Assembly: GCA_963782115.1 (NCBI GenBank)
Contig: CAWAIK010000001.1
Location: 64,001 to 128,000, forward strand
Origin: an uncultured Verrucomicrobiae bacterium
Lineage (GTDB): Bacteria > Verrucomicrobiota > Verrucomicrobiia > Chthoniobacterales > JAFAMB01
Reading direction: 5' to 3'
DNA: 64,000 nucleotides
The number at the start of each line of letters is the position of its first letter. The first letter of the stretch is position 1. A program made the translations under genes and the position numbers. Shown one piece after another: positions 50,393 through 60,160 of this stretch. The notes under the pieces are model-generated. The model saw only the letters and a list, made by a program, of their open reading frames with translations, had not been told where the DNA came from and did no database searches.

Positions 50393-51623
50393 TAGCTGTT
50401 TTTGCCTGTTGAATAAGTTGAATAATCCATTCGACGGCCTGGGCTGCGAATTCCGGATCGTTGATATTGCGATCCACCACAACGAACGGGATCCCAGGGC
50501 TCAGATTCTTCTTTATCGCATCAAACATTGCCTGATTGGCAGCGCGATCGCAAAACGGTTGCCCATCTCCGTCCAACATGGAGACGCCGCGGAGCGGGAC
50601 GAGGAAGGCCACCGGCCCTTTGGCAGCGTTTGCTTTCCGGGCGAAAATTTCTCCCATTTGTCGATTCTCTTCGGCATTGGTGCGCATCAATGTCACCGAC
50701 GGATTCCACTCGTAGAACAACCGTTTGGTATCACGAAATTTTGCCGGAACGCTGGAAGGCGCTCCAAAGTTCGCCATGTCGACGCAGCCCGGCACGATCA
50801 GATGAGGCACAGCGCGTCGGCCAGGCGCATCCAGGCGGTCCGGACCGGCACTGAATACGCCGCCGCAAAGCTCGTCGGCCCATTCGGTGGTCGTGATATC
50901 CAGCACCGCTTCGACGAGGCCGTCGCTAACCAGGGTCTCCATGGCCCGGCCGCCGGCGCCGGTCGCGTGAAAAATCAGTACTTCATATCCCTTTTCATGC
51001 AAAGACTTCGCGCAGATGTTCACACAGTCGGTAGTGTTGCCAAACATCGATGCGGTGATGATGGGACGATCTTCGGCTGAGACAGGAACCTCGCTTTCGA
51101 CCATTCCGCAAATCGCTCCGGCGGCTCGCGAATAGACCAGCCGCGAGATGCGGTTCAGTCCCGCAATATCCACGATCGATGGCATTATGGTAATATCTTT
51201 TCCGCGCACGTAGAAGGAGACATCCCCGGACGCGACGGTCGACACCAGGACCTTGGGGACACCAATCGGCAACGCGCGCATGGCCGATGCAATGATCGCA
51301 GAGCCCCCGCTCCCGCCCATCCCGATCATTCCGTCCAATTTCCGTTCCTTGAACAATTGCAAAACCAGCTTTGGCGCCCCTTCGTCAAAGACCTTCATGG
51401 CGGCGGCCTTGTCCTTGTTTGACCGCAGGTCGGCCAGGCTGGTTCCACCGGCTTTCGCGACAGCGTCCGATTCGTAATCAACCGGAAACAGAGTGGTGCT
51501 CCCGAGAACCCCGACATTGACCGTCAAGATCTGATGACGGCGTTTAAGAATCTCTTCACGCAGAAAGGCGTGATCCTCGCCTTTGGTATCAAAGGCTCCA
51601 ATGATGCAGATAGTCTTTGGCAT
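50379..51623 (-). CDS. Tm-1-like ATP-binding domain protein (UPF0261)
   Basis: [41 protein letters not shown]. Confidence 0.9.
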   Translation of the reverse strand: MPKTICIIGAFDTKGEDHAFLREEILKRRHQILTVNVGVLGSTTLFPVDYESDAVAKAGGTSLADLRSNKDKAAAMKVFDEGAPKLVLQLFKERKLDGMIGMGGSGGSAIIASAMRALPIGVPKVLVSTVASGDVSFYVRGKDITIMPSIVDIAGLNRISRLVYSRAAGAICGMVESEVPVSAEDRPIITASMFGNTTDCVNICAKSLHEKGYEVLIFHATGAGGRAMETLVSDGLVEAVLDITTTEWADELCGGVFSAGPDRLDAPGRRAVPHLIVPGCVDMANFGAPSSVPAKFRDTKRLFYEWNPSVTLMRTNAEENRQMGEIFARKANAAKGPVAFLVPLRGVSMLDGDGQPFCDRAANQAMFDAIKKNLSPGIPFVVVDRNINDPEFAAQAVEWIIQLIQQAKTANGTP

Positions 51624-51787
51624 TGTCTGAGGGGATTGAGGCGGGAAGAAGCTGTCAGTCGGACAAGAAGTTGTCAGTGGTCAGTTGTCAGTTCTAAGTG
51701 GGAAAAGAGCGGGGTTATCCCTTGAACTCTCCGTTTCTGTCCTCGGTTTTCCGTTGATGGTAACACAACTGACAACTGACAACTTCC

Positions 51788-52037
51788 TCAGTAGCCGATG
51801 GTGAAGCGCTCTCTTCGATGCTGGGGGTTCTCGAATTCGTTGACCAGGGCGATTGCATAATCCTCGAAGGAAATACGGCTGTTGCCCTTTGCGTCGGTGA
51901 TCAGGTCATCTTTGCCCAGGCAAAATTTAACTGTGCGCTCACCGGGCTGAAAGAATGCGGCGGGGCTGAAGTAGGTCCAGTCGATGCTGCTTTGCTTCAG
52001 ATTCTTTACCTGTGGCTCCGTAGAGAACGATTTTCAA
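51788..52037 (-). pseudogene. NAD(P)-dependent oxidoreductase (NAD(P)H-binding, YwnB-like) with large internal deletion
   Basis: AAGGAG RBS plus TTG start gives MKIVLYGATGK, fused out of frame to DWTYFSPAAFFQPGERT...SRISFEDYAIALVNEFENPQHRRERFTIGY*. Confidence 0.8.
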
Positions 52038-52352
52038 CTTGGTAACTCCTTATATGGCACTGCGGGTGTATTGACGCGGAACAAACCTATTCACAAGCCG
52101 CTATGGCGCAAGAGGGTCCAATATTCAGTGGGGGGGAGAGGTGGTCAGTTGACAGTGCCAGTGTCAGTGGAGACGTCGATTGAAGTGAAGATATATTCGC
52201 GCCAGCATCTACCTAAACCCGAGCCTTGGCCTCCCCAACTGAGAACCGACAACCGGCACCGTTAACTTCCGCTCCGCTGACAACTGCTTCCTCCGCGTTA
52301 TTCTTGCGGGACGCCACCCAGACTTCCCGAAGGCGTTCCGAGAGCTGATCCA

Positions 52353-53174
52353 CTAACAAGAGGATGGTCCTTTTGATCTAGATCGGACACTGGGCTGTTT
52401 CGGCTTGGGCGATTTCGGTAATTTCGAGTTCGGGGCACGCGCTTCTGGCACGGAGGCAGGCTCGATCTCAATGCCGAAGATTTCTTCGAGGTTCTCGCCT
52501 GCCAGCGCGGCCGAACCGTCCGGGGAGGTCGAGGCGCCTGCGGTCACGCTCGTTGTCGCCTCGGTGACGAGTTCGAGGTGATCAGCTCCGCGAAGCACAA
52601 AGAGCAGTTCCGGGCTCTCGTCGAGACGCGCCCCAACGGCATAGAGCGTCGCCGCGACATGCTTGCACATCCCGGCCCAATCGGGGCATGAGCAACTCAG
52701 CCTGATTTCGGCCGGTCTGGGGAAAAGGCCCGTCTCGCGGCGGGTGATGATCTCCATGACCTGGGTGGAAAGTTTGCCCTGCAACAAATCAATCAGCGAA
52801 CCCACCCGCCCAGCACAGTCGGTTTTCAATGCCTTCCACTCGGCCCGTTGAACGGGTTGAATTTTGATCGTGATCCGGTAAAGGTCGCTTCCAAACACCA
52901 ACGCACGGATTTCGCCCGGGACAATCCGGAAATCGACGACCGAGCCGTTCCGCACGTACGTGCGACCGCGCGGGAGCCGGTTTCGATAATCACTGTAGGT
53001 TTCCAGATTCTCGCACCAGGCTTTGCCCCAGAAACTGCGGGCGATCGTTCTTCCGTCGATACGGATCGGGTTCATCTTCTGCCCTTCCTTTTCGAGCGCA
53101 ATTGCCGCTTTCTTGGAGCGGCGGCGTTTTTCGGCGGCGCTTACGTACGGTTTGTAGCTCCATTCCCACCTCAT
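52353..53174 (-). CDS. SWIM zinc-finger protein
   Basis: NRLPRGRTYVRNG, CSCPDW..MCKHVAA, LFVLRG. Confidence 0.92.
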   Translation of the reverse strand: MRWEWSYKPYVSAAEKRRRSKKAAIALEKEGQKMNPIRIDGRTIARSFWGKAWCENLETYSDYRNRLPRGRTYVRNGSVVDFRIVPGEIRALVFGSDLYRITIKIQPVQRAEWKALKTDCAGRVGSLIDLLQGKLSTQVMEIITRRETGLFPRPAEIRLSCSCPDWAGMCKHVAATLYAVGARLDESPELLFVLRGADHLELVTEATTSVTAGASTSPDGSAALAGENLEEIFGIEIEPASVPEARAPNSKLPKSPKPKQPSVRSRSKGPSSC

Positions 53175-53192
53175 AAAATTGGTCCGCTCAAA

Positions 53193-55895
53193 TCACTCTT
53201 GCACAGCGCTCTTGAGATCAAGGGCTACGAATCGCAGCAGTTCGTCGTCTGCCATCTCTGTTAACAGGTTTTCGCCGCCGCCTTCAAGCAGCTCCGTTGC
53301 CAGGCTCTTCTTTTCTTCAAGAAGGCCATCGATGCGCTCTTCGATCGTACCACGGCAAACGAACTTGTGTACCAGGACGTTTTTCTTCTGTCCAATACGG
53401 AAAGCGCGGTCAGTGGCCTGGTTTTCGACAGCCGGATTCCACCAACGGTCGAAGTGAATGACATGGGAGGCGGCGGTCAGGTTCAACCCGGTTCCACCCG
53501 CTTTCAACGAGAGAATGAAGAACGGCGGCCCGGCATCCTGCTGGAACCTCTCGACCAGCCGTTGCCGCTCCTTGACCGGCGTGGCGCCATGGAGGATCAG
53601 TCCGGGGCGGCCAAAAATTCGTTCCAGATGCGTCGCCAGCGGACCGGTAATTTCTTTGAACTGGGTGAAAACCAGCACCTTCTCCTGACGCGCGTCGATC
53701 TCTTCACCCAACTCGCGCAGCCGGGCAAACTTCCCGCTCTCGGCTGGATCGAATGCGCCGTCGCCGAGCCAGTGCGAAGGGTGATTGCAGATCTGTTTGA
53801 ACCGCATCAGAAAGGCCAGGATCAGTCCGCGCCGCTGGATGCCGTCGACGATGTCGAGTTTTTCGGCCAGTTCCTTGACCGACTGCTGGTAAAGCGCAGC
53901 CTGCGCTTTGCTCAACACACACCACGCCCCTATCTCGGTCTTCTCTGGCAGATCGCTGATGATATTCTTGTCGGTTTTGAGCCGGCGCAAGATGTATGGC
54001 CGGGTAAGATTGCGGAGCGGCGCGAAATGGCGGGTCTGGTCGCTGCTTAGACGCTTGATGGTTCGCCCAAACTCGGCGGCACTCCCCAACAATCCGGGAC
54101 AGATGAAACTGAACAACGACCAGAGATCGCCAACCCGGTTTTCGACCGGTGTGCCGGTGAGCGCAATCCGCGCCTGCGCCCGTAGCTCCTTAACCGCCGA
54201 TGTCTGGCGAGCCGCCGGATTTTTGATCGCCTGCGCCTCGTCGAGCACGACGAGCCGCCAATCGATTTGCCGCAGCGACGTCAGGCGTGTGGCCAGCAAG
54301 CCGTAGGTCGTGATCACCAGGTCTTTCCCGGACAGCGTGCGCGCCGGATCGGCGACAGCGTCCTTGAGCGTTTGCAGCGGCGTTTCCGACGGATGGGCAA
54401 AGAAAACGTCCAGCGTTGGGGTGAATCGCGCGATCTCGCTTTTCCAGTTAGCCAGCAGCGAGGCAGGCGCTACGAGCAGAGACGGTGCAGCAGCCGGTGC
54501 ACCCGCGGTTTCGCGCTTGAGCTGGAGCAGCAGCGCGAGAGTCTGAATCGTCTTGCCAAGACCCATGTCGTCTGCCAGACACGCCCCCAGGCCCAGCCGG
54601 CTCATGAACCAGAGCCAGCGCACACCCTCGCGCTGGTAACCGCGCAATTGCGCCCGCAGATCGCCCTCGGGGTCGAACCCTTCGATGACCGAGGGATCGT
54701 GCATGGCGCCCAGGGTTTTGCGCAGCCATTCGCCGGGCATGACCTGAGACCATTCGCGGGTCTCGGGCTGCGCCAGCGGATCGCTGTCGTCGCGGCCGAT
54801 GCCGGCCAGCAGCCGCATCCCTTCGAGAAACGAGACGCCCTCGTTGCCTTTTTCGATCCGCTGCCAGTGTGCGAGTACCTGAGTGAGCCGATCGCGGTCG
54901 ATCTCCACCCATTTGCCTTTGAGCAAAACGAGTCCTTCCTTCGCGGCCATTAGCTGGCGGCACTCGGTAGCCGTGAGCCGATCGCCCTCGAGCGCGATCT
55001 CGACCGAAAAATCCATCAGGCTCTCCAAGCCAAGGAGACTGCTCGGTTTCTCGCCTATCCGGACATTGACCTGTGCGCGCGCGGGCCGCCCGCCTTTCCA
55101 CCAATCGGGCACCCGTACCAGGAGACCGCTTTCTTCAAACAGCGGGATGTCGCGCAAAAAACGGTGAGCCTCGCGCGGGGTCCAGACCATCGGCTGAAAC
55201 AGCCGGCGATTCTCTACCATCTCGCGTGCCAGGTCACTCTTCTCCGCGGCTCGTTGGACCGGCGCCAGCAGGCTGGTGAGAGCGGCCTTATTCTTCGCTC
55301 CGGCGTACTCCTGCAAAGCGCGCGCCAGCGGCAGATGCTGCGGCTTTCCCTGGTCGGAGAGCCGATGCGTATAGGTGGCTAGAAACGCGAAAGGACGATT
55401 AGGGTCGCGCTTGTTTTCAGCAAGATGAAAGGTCACCCGGCCGACGGTCTGCCAAAGCGGGTTCTTCGATTTCAGCCATCCGGACAGGCCGGTCGCGGCG
55501 GTTTCGCGGATCACCAACGCGCCAAACTCTTGCCAGAGTTTTTCGAGCAAATCGGAGGTCAGAAATTCGCCGCCGCGCATCGGCGGCGCCTCCTGCACGA
55601 ACTCCAAAAGTTCGTCGCGCTCGGACGGCAGCAGCGGTACCGCCCCGCTATCGATTCCTCCCGTATGACAGAGCCGCTGCAAGTAACCGCGCGCAAAATC
55701 CCGCCAATAGGCCGGCGACGGCGGCATGGAGAGCGTCAGCGCATCGGTCGCCAACAGCAGAAGCCCCTCTGCGGCCGACGCGCCAAAGGCCGTCTCCAAG
55801 CGTGCGGCCCATCTCTCGTTCACTGTCGGCAAAATCTCCGCCGTCCGCTCGACAAAGAGCCGGCCGCCGGGAGAAACCGCTATTTCCAATGACAT
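53193..55895 (-). CDS. SNF2-family DEAD/DEAH helicase
   Basis: LADDMGLGKT, DEAQ, LTGTPVEN, SLKAGGTGLNLT, QATDRAFRIGQ. Confidence 0.95.
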   Translation of the reverse strand: MSLEIAVSPGGRLFVERTAEILPTVNERWAARLETAFGASAAEGLLLLATDALTLSMPPSPAYWRDFARGYLQRLCHTGGIDSGAVPLLPSERDELLEFVQEAPPMRGGEFLTSDLLEKLWQEFGALVIRETAATGLSGWLKSKNPLWQTVGRVTFHLAENKRDPNRPFAFLATYTHRLSDQGKPQHLPLARALQEYAGAKNKAALTSLLAPVQRAAEKSDLAREMVENRRLFQPMVWTPREAHRFLRDIPLFEESGLLVRVPDWWKGGRPARAQVNVRIGEKPSSLLGLESLMDFSVEIALEGDRLTATECRQLMAAKEGLVLLKGKWVEIDRDRLTQVLAHWQRIEKGNEGVSFLEGMRLLAGIGRDDSDPLAQPETREWSQVMPGEWLRKTLGAMHDPSVIEGFDPEGDLRAQLRGYQREGVRWLWFMSRLGLGACLADDMGLGKTIQTLALLLQLKRETAGAPAAAPSLLVAPASLLANWKSEIARFTPTLDVFFAHPSETPLQTLKDAVADPARTLSGKDLVITTYGLLATRLTSLRQIDWRLVVLDEAQAIKNPAARQTSAVKELRAQARIALTGTPVENRVGDLWSLFSFICPGLLGSAAEFGRTIKRLSSDQTRHFAPLRNLTRPYILRRLKTDKNIISDLPEKTEIGAWCVLSKAQAALYQQSVKELAEKLDIVDGIQRRGLILAFLMRFKQICNHPSHWLGDGAFDPAESGKFARLRELGEEIDARQEKVLVFTQFKEITGPLATHLERIFGRPGLILHGATPVKERQRLVERFQQDAGPPFFILSLKAGGTGLNLTAASHVIHFDRWWNPAVENQATDRAFRIGQKKNVLVHKFVCRGTIEERIDGLLEEKKSLATELLEGGGENLLTEMADDELLRFVALDLKSAVQE

Positions 55896-56108
55896 CGTCT
55901 ACGGGCTTCCATTTCGGTCGAGTCTCGCACGAAGGCCGTGCAGGTCACGGAGGATTTTTTAGAATATTGATTCGGCCCTTGGTGCCCTGTGCCTCCTCTT
56001 AATCGTTCTCGTCATCGTCTTCGTCCTCGATCTCTGACCGCTGTCATCCCAGGCCGCGTTAATCCACCGAAGACCGAGAACGATGACGAGCACGGTCACG
56101 ATCATGGA

Positions 56109-56150
56109 TTAATTGATGATCCGCCCCTCCATAACAATCTCGAATAACAA
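56109..56150 (-). pseudogene. C-terminal relic of the unknown paralog family
   Basis: Translates LLFEIVMEGRIIN*, matching LLFEIIMEGWIVG* of 58247-58576. Confidence 0.6.
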
Positions 56151-56504
56151 TCAGTGCTTCCTTCATCGATCTTGCGCCGCAGCGAGCTCCCTTAGTAGCC
56201 TGCCTCTGAATCGTGCTCTTCTTATAGTCGTTATCGATCTTTGACCGCTGCTAACATGCCGTAAAACACCAAAGACCCAGAACGGCACGAGAAACGAGAT
56301 TACCGACTATTTGACAGTAACATGTTGCGCCTATGAACGGTTACAACTACCTGTGATTTTATCTAACGCCCAATAAAATTACTCGAATAACGCTAGAAGT
56401 GGTTACTATTCGACTCAGGGCGATGCTTGGCGGTGAACTCTTATTAACGGCACTAGCAGCTGTCAAAGACCGATACCGACGACGAGAACGAGCACGATTA
56501 CAGG

Positions 56505-56822
56505 CTACGTAACGGTCCACCCTTCCCTAACAATCTCCAGCAACATTGCTTCTCCTCCCTTTCGGTAGGGGGTTGTATCCTCCCAAACTTCGGCGGGGAT
56601 ATTGTACATATTCGCCCCGGGAAGAAAGATGTATTGTCGCTTTTGTTTCGGGTTCGGGTCGTAATGATAGAGGATCGCCGTCCAGGGAACTCCGTGCGAT
56701 TCCGCAACCATGTGTTTAAGCAAAAGAAATGCGCCAAAAGGCCACAAGTGCGGCCGCCGCATCATTTCTAACTCGTTGTGTCCGGCTAAGACATCGTCGT
56801 CGGTAACTCGTATGTGATTCAT
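56505..56822 (-). CDS. Hypothetical protein, paralog A (frame open upstream to 56984)
   Basis: ATG at 56822 with GAGGAG RBS; aligns along its length with 58247-58576. Confidence 0.75.
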   Translation of the reverse strand: MNHIRVTDDDVLAGHNELEMMRRPHLWPFGAFLLLKHMVAESHGVPWTAILYHYDPNPKQKRQYIFLPGANMYNIPAEVWEDTTPYRKGGEAMLLEIVREGWTVT

Positions 56823-57242
56823 AATTTTTGATGACTCCTCTTTGAAATGTTGCCTGCCGCTGGCGGCTTTCCCACTGACACTGACATTATCGGGAAAGTT
56901 ACTGGAGCCCGCTGTGGAGGCGAAGGTGTTAACATCGAATAGGGCGATGCTGAGAAGAGCGAAACAGGCCAGGCTTTTAAACATTGTTCAATCGTCAGGA
57001 GCTGAGGTGATCTGCATCTGCTTCATCACATCAGGTCTGATTAATGAACGTAGGAAATAACCTCTAGGGGCTTTTCTTGCAGTAAGAGCAATTTGTCGGC
57101 TGATCCATCACAACGGCGCTACGAGAGGAACGTTAAATAACGCATATACGAGTGTTTCTTGATGTAATGGAAAATGCGACGAAATCTGGAAAATCAGATT
57201 ACCTGACACATTCGCAACGCGTTCGTTGCGGCGGAATACTCA

Positions 57243-57386
57243 ATGAGCGCTTCGCGTAACGCTCATCTCCTGATGAGATCTCCACCCCACGAGAGGTTTG
57301 CTTATGTGGCGCTGCCGGCGCGCTTTGCCCTCACTGGGCGCGGTTTACGAGCCCAACACCACATAAGTGGGAAGACCACATTTTGG
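57243..57386. other. Highly structured non-coding element of unknown type
   Basis: Nested stems CTTATGTGGCGCTG / CAACACCACATAAG and CCCAC / GTGGG, plus hairpin ATGAGCG...CGCTCAT. Confidence 0.4.
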
Positions 57387-58073
57387 ATCCGGCTCTCCAG
57401 TTGGTGGTTACCTTTCGAGAAGATTAGCCGATGCAATCTCCTGAACTTTCAGGTTCGTTCAGTCGTTGTCTCCCGTTACCGGGGCGGCCAATAGACTCCG
57501 GACTAGAGTCGAAGGTTCGCGTACTTGCTTTTGCTCTTCACCGAACTGAGTCCATTGGACATTTACGGTGCTGTTTTCCTTCGTACTTTCGTTCAGCATC
57601 TCCACCTTCCTGCCTCCCTTGACTCCACGGGCATTACCCCGCTTCTTCGCTACTACGGAGGCTCTGTCACCTCCCGGGCACAGTTCTTCGGGCCTTCTAC
57701 TGACCATGAACGCTGTTCCTTTCCCGGTTCGTGATCCCTGATTCATATCGCTCCGACTTCAGACCATTCTATCTCCAACCACCCTATGCATTCCTATCGT
57801 TCTGCTCACTGCCTCGCCAGGGATAGGTCGCGGAATTGTCGCTCCCCCTTCACGGGACGGTCTCCGGTCTTGGCTTCGCCACACAGGAGCAGGCTCGCCA
57901 ATGCATCTTGGCCGAATCGAGTTCAACATTGTTTTGTTTATGGACTGGTCTTTCGCTTCCGGTTGCTCTCCACCCCGCCTCTCGACGACGCAGTTACCTT
58001 CTGCTACGGACAGGCCAGTGTTCCCGTCCGGAAAGGACTTTCACCTTCTCTTGGTGCGTACTTTCAGGCGCAC
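57387..58073 (-). mobile_element. Group II intron remnant: ORF almost entirely deleted, truncated within domain V
   Basis: 5' GTGCG at 58073, AGGTGAAAGTCCT, domain III-like GAAGCGGGGTAATGCCCGTGGAG, then GGAGAGCCGGAT (start of DV) cut off at 57387. Confidence 0.82.
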
Positions 58074-58246
58074 TCCAGAGCCCCTCCGGGGCAATAAATC
58101 GCTCCAAATCCTCCTTAACTTAGAAGCGCCATTCACGGCTGACCCCACAGCTGACCCCACACTGAGACGGCCCTCGAAGTGCGAACTCCAATTAAGACCA
58201 GATACCTACTGACAACCGGCAACTGACACTGACAACTTCTTCTTCT

Positions 58247-58576
58247 TCACCCTACGATCCATCCCTCCATGATAATCTCAAACAGCAACGTCTCGCCGCC
58301 GCTCCGGTAATCGGCAGCGTTCGTCCAGAATTCGTCGGGGATATTGTAGATATTCGTTTCCGGAAGGAAGACGTACCTCTGCTTTTGTTTTGGGTGCGCG
58401 TTGAAATGGTAAAGAATCGCCGTCCTGGAGATGCCATGCGAGTCTACCGCAACTTGGTGTTTAAGCTGAAGGAACGAGCCGAAAGGCCAGAGATGCGTCC
58501 GCCGCATGATTTCCAGGTCGTGGCGCTCGATTACGACTTCATTGTCGGTGAGGGGTGTCTCGTTCATAAGTGTCAT
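58247..58576 (-). CDS. Hypothetical protein, paralog B
   Basis: Shares LE.MRR.HLWPFG.FL.LKH, SHG..TAILYH, PKQK..Y.FLP..N.YNIP.E.W, GGE.LL.EI..EGW with paralog A. Confidence 0.78.
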   Translation of the reverse strand: MTLMNETPLTDNEVVIERHDLEIMRRTHLWPFGSFLQLKHQVAVDSHGISRTAILYHFNAHPKQKQRYVFLPETNIYNIPDEFWTNAADYRSGGETLLFEIIMEGWIVG

Positions 58577-58952
58577 TTCTTTTTATCATTTGTCGGTTTT
58601 TATCTCTGTGCCTCAATCCCCGAATGGCGACGTTGCCTCCCTCTACAACAGGGTTGGCCTCCCAATCTGCTACTGACACTGATAACTTCTTCTACATCGG
58701 CATGACCAACGAGACATGAAGTAACTGCTTATCCGCATACCTCTTGTTCCAATGGTGGCTATGGATAATACCTAGATTCAGAGGGAAGTGCACGTTTTGT
58801 ATGGGTGCAAGTGGCGAAATATCGCGTTGCAAGAATGAGCCGCTTGTTAGAACCGTTGTGAATGTAAGATTGCTCGCACGCCGAGATGGAATTCCTGGCG
58901 TTTAGCACAGATGCAAACTTTATTTGGCTATGTTGCTTAGGCTGTATCAGAG

Positions 58953-59188
58953 TCATCGATTCATCTTCCAATCATCATCAAAATCAAAATGAACAATGTC
59001 GCCCGTGAAAATAGCATGACCGATCCGTGAACCGAGCTTGACACCAGTTTCCCCCGTTCATCGAACGGAACGACCTTTGCCATCGGTCGGCCCAGCAGTG
59101 TAACCATCAGCAGTGGAGGCGTGGACTGAACCCGTTTGATCTACTCAATACATCCGGCCTTAAACGCGGAAATCAAAATCCGTTCCAT
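58953..59188 (-). pseudogene. Phd/YefM-type antitoxin pseudogene
   Basis: MERILISAFKAGCIE*IKRVQST...VT..GRPMAKVVP, frameshift, KLGSRIGHAIFTGDIV....DDW. Confidence 0.65.
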
Positions 59189-59383
59189 CCAAGAATCTAG
59201 AAGAGAGTCTGACCAAGTGAACACGACCAAGTCTTGTCAGAGTGCCCGTTTCCATCAGATCACAACCGCCTTTAGCTGCGACGGTTAAAAGCGCCTTGAA
59301 CACGTGAACGGAGGAACCAACCGGATGGCGATGCTCGTTCGCAAAGACGTCGAATACGATTGTTTGTCCTGAACTCCTGGCTC

Positions 59384-60160
59384 CTAATCAATGAGCTTCT
59401 TGCGAATCCGAACGAGCGACCAAAGACCGAGGACAAGCGCATAAGCGAGCATAACACCCAGATGATAGGAGATTCTATTCGGCGAAAACTGATTCCAGGC
59501 TGCCATCTGCAATAAACTCACTCCATGGTAGAAAGGCGAAACCTGGACAATGGCTCCGAATACCGGACGATCCGCAAGCGGAAAGAAGGTGCCTGAGATG
59601 AAGTACATAGGTGCGATGAGAAAGGAATAAACTGTTTGGAACTGGTTGATGTTGCGAACATACGACGAGGCGAGTAGTCCGATTGCGCCGCACGGGATGG
59701 CCAGCATTCCGCCGATCAACGGAAAAAGAAATATCGCCCATGGATTGGGCAATAACCGCAGGAGCGCCAGCACAATCCCGACCCCGCCGGCCATCAATCC
59801 GGCTCGAATCGTCACCCAGATGTACTCGCCCAAGACAACTTCACGTGTACCGATCTGTGTGGTCAGCATCGCCTTATAGACCGACTCAAACGTCATGCGA
59901 ACGTAGAAACCGTAACTGCACTCGAAAAACGCGGTGAAAAGGACCGTGGTAGCCGCCATTCCCGGGGCAAGATACTGAGAATAGCTCAAGCCGTGTATGC
60001 TTCCGATGAAGGGAGAAAGGCCCATGCCGAGCGCGATCATCATCAACGCCGGATCCGCGAGGGTCGGCGAAACGTTGGCCAGGAAATCTTTGCGATAAAC
60101 CACCCAGTTTCTGACAACGACGCGCCAGGCCAATCGGAATGACAAAATAAAATCACTCAT
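59384..60160 (-). CDS. ABC-2 exporter permease (NodJ-like)
   Basis: YLAPGMAA, AML.T, PMYFISGTFFP; coupled to the adjacent ATPase. Confidence 0.88.
   Translation of the reverse strand: MSDFILSFRLAWRVVVRNWVVYRKDFLANVSPTLADPALMMIALGMGLSPFIGSIHGLSYSQYLAPGMAATTVLFTAFFECSYGFYVRMTFESVYKAMLTTQIGTREVVLGEYIWVTIRAGLMAGGVGIVLALLRLLPNPWAIFLFPLIGGMLAIPCGAIGLLASSYVRNINQFQTVYSFLIAPMYFISGTFFPLADRPVFGAIVQVSPFYHGVSLLQMAAWNQFSPNRISYHLGVMLAYALVLGLWSLVRIRKKLID

Noticed and set aside
57270..57300. Hammerhead ribozyme (CTGATGAG core)
   Set aside because: No properly placed stem II plus GAAA or cleavage triplet.
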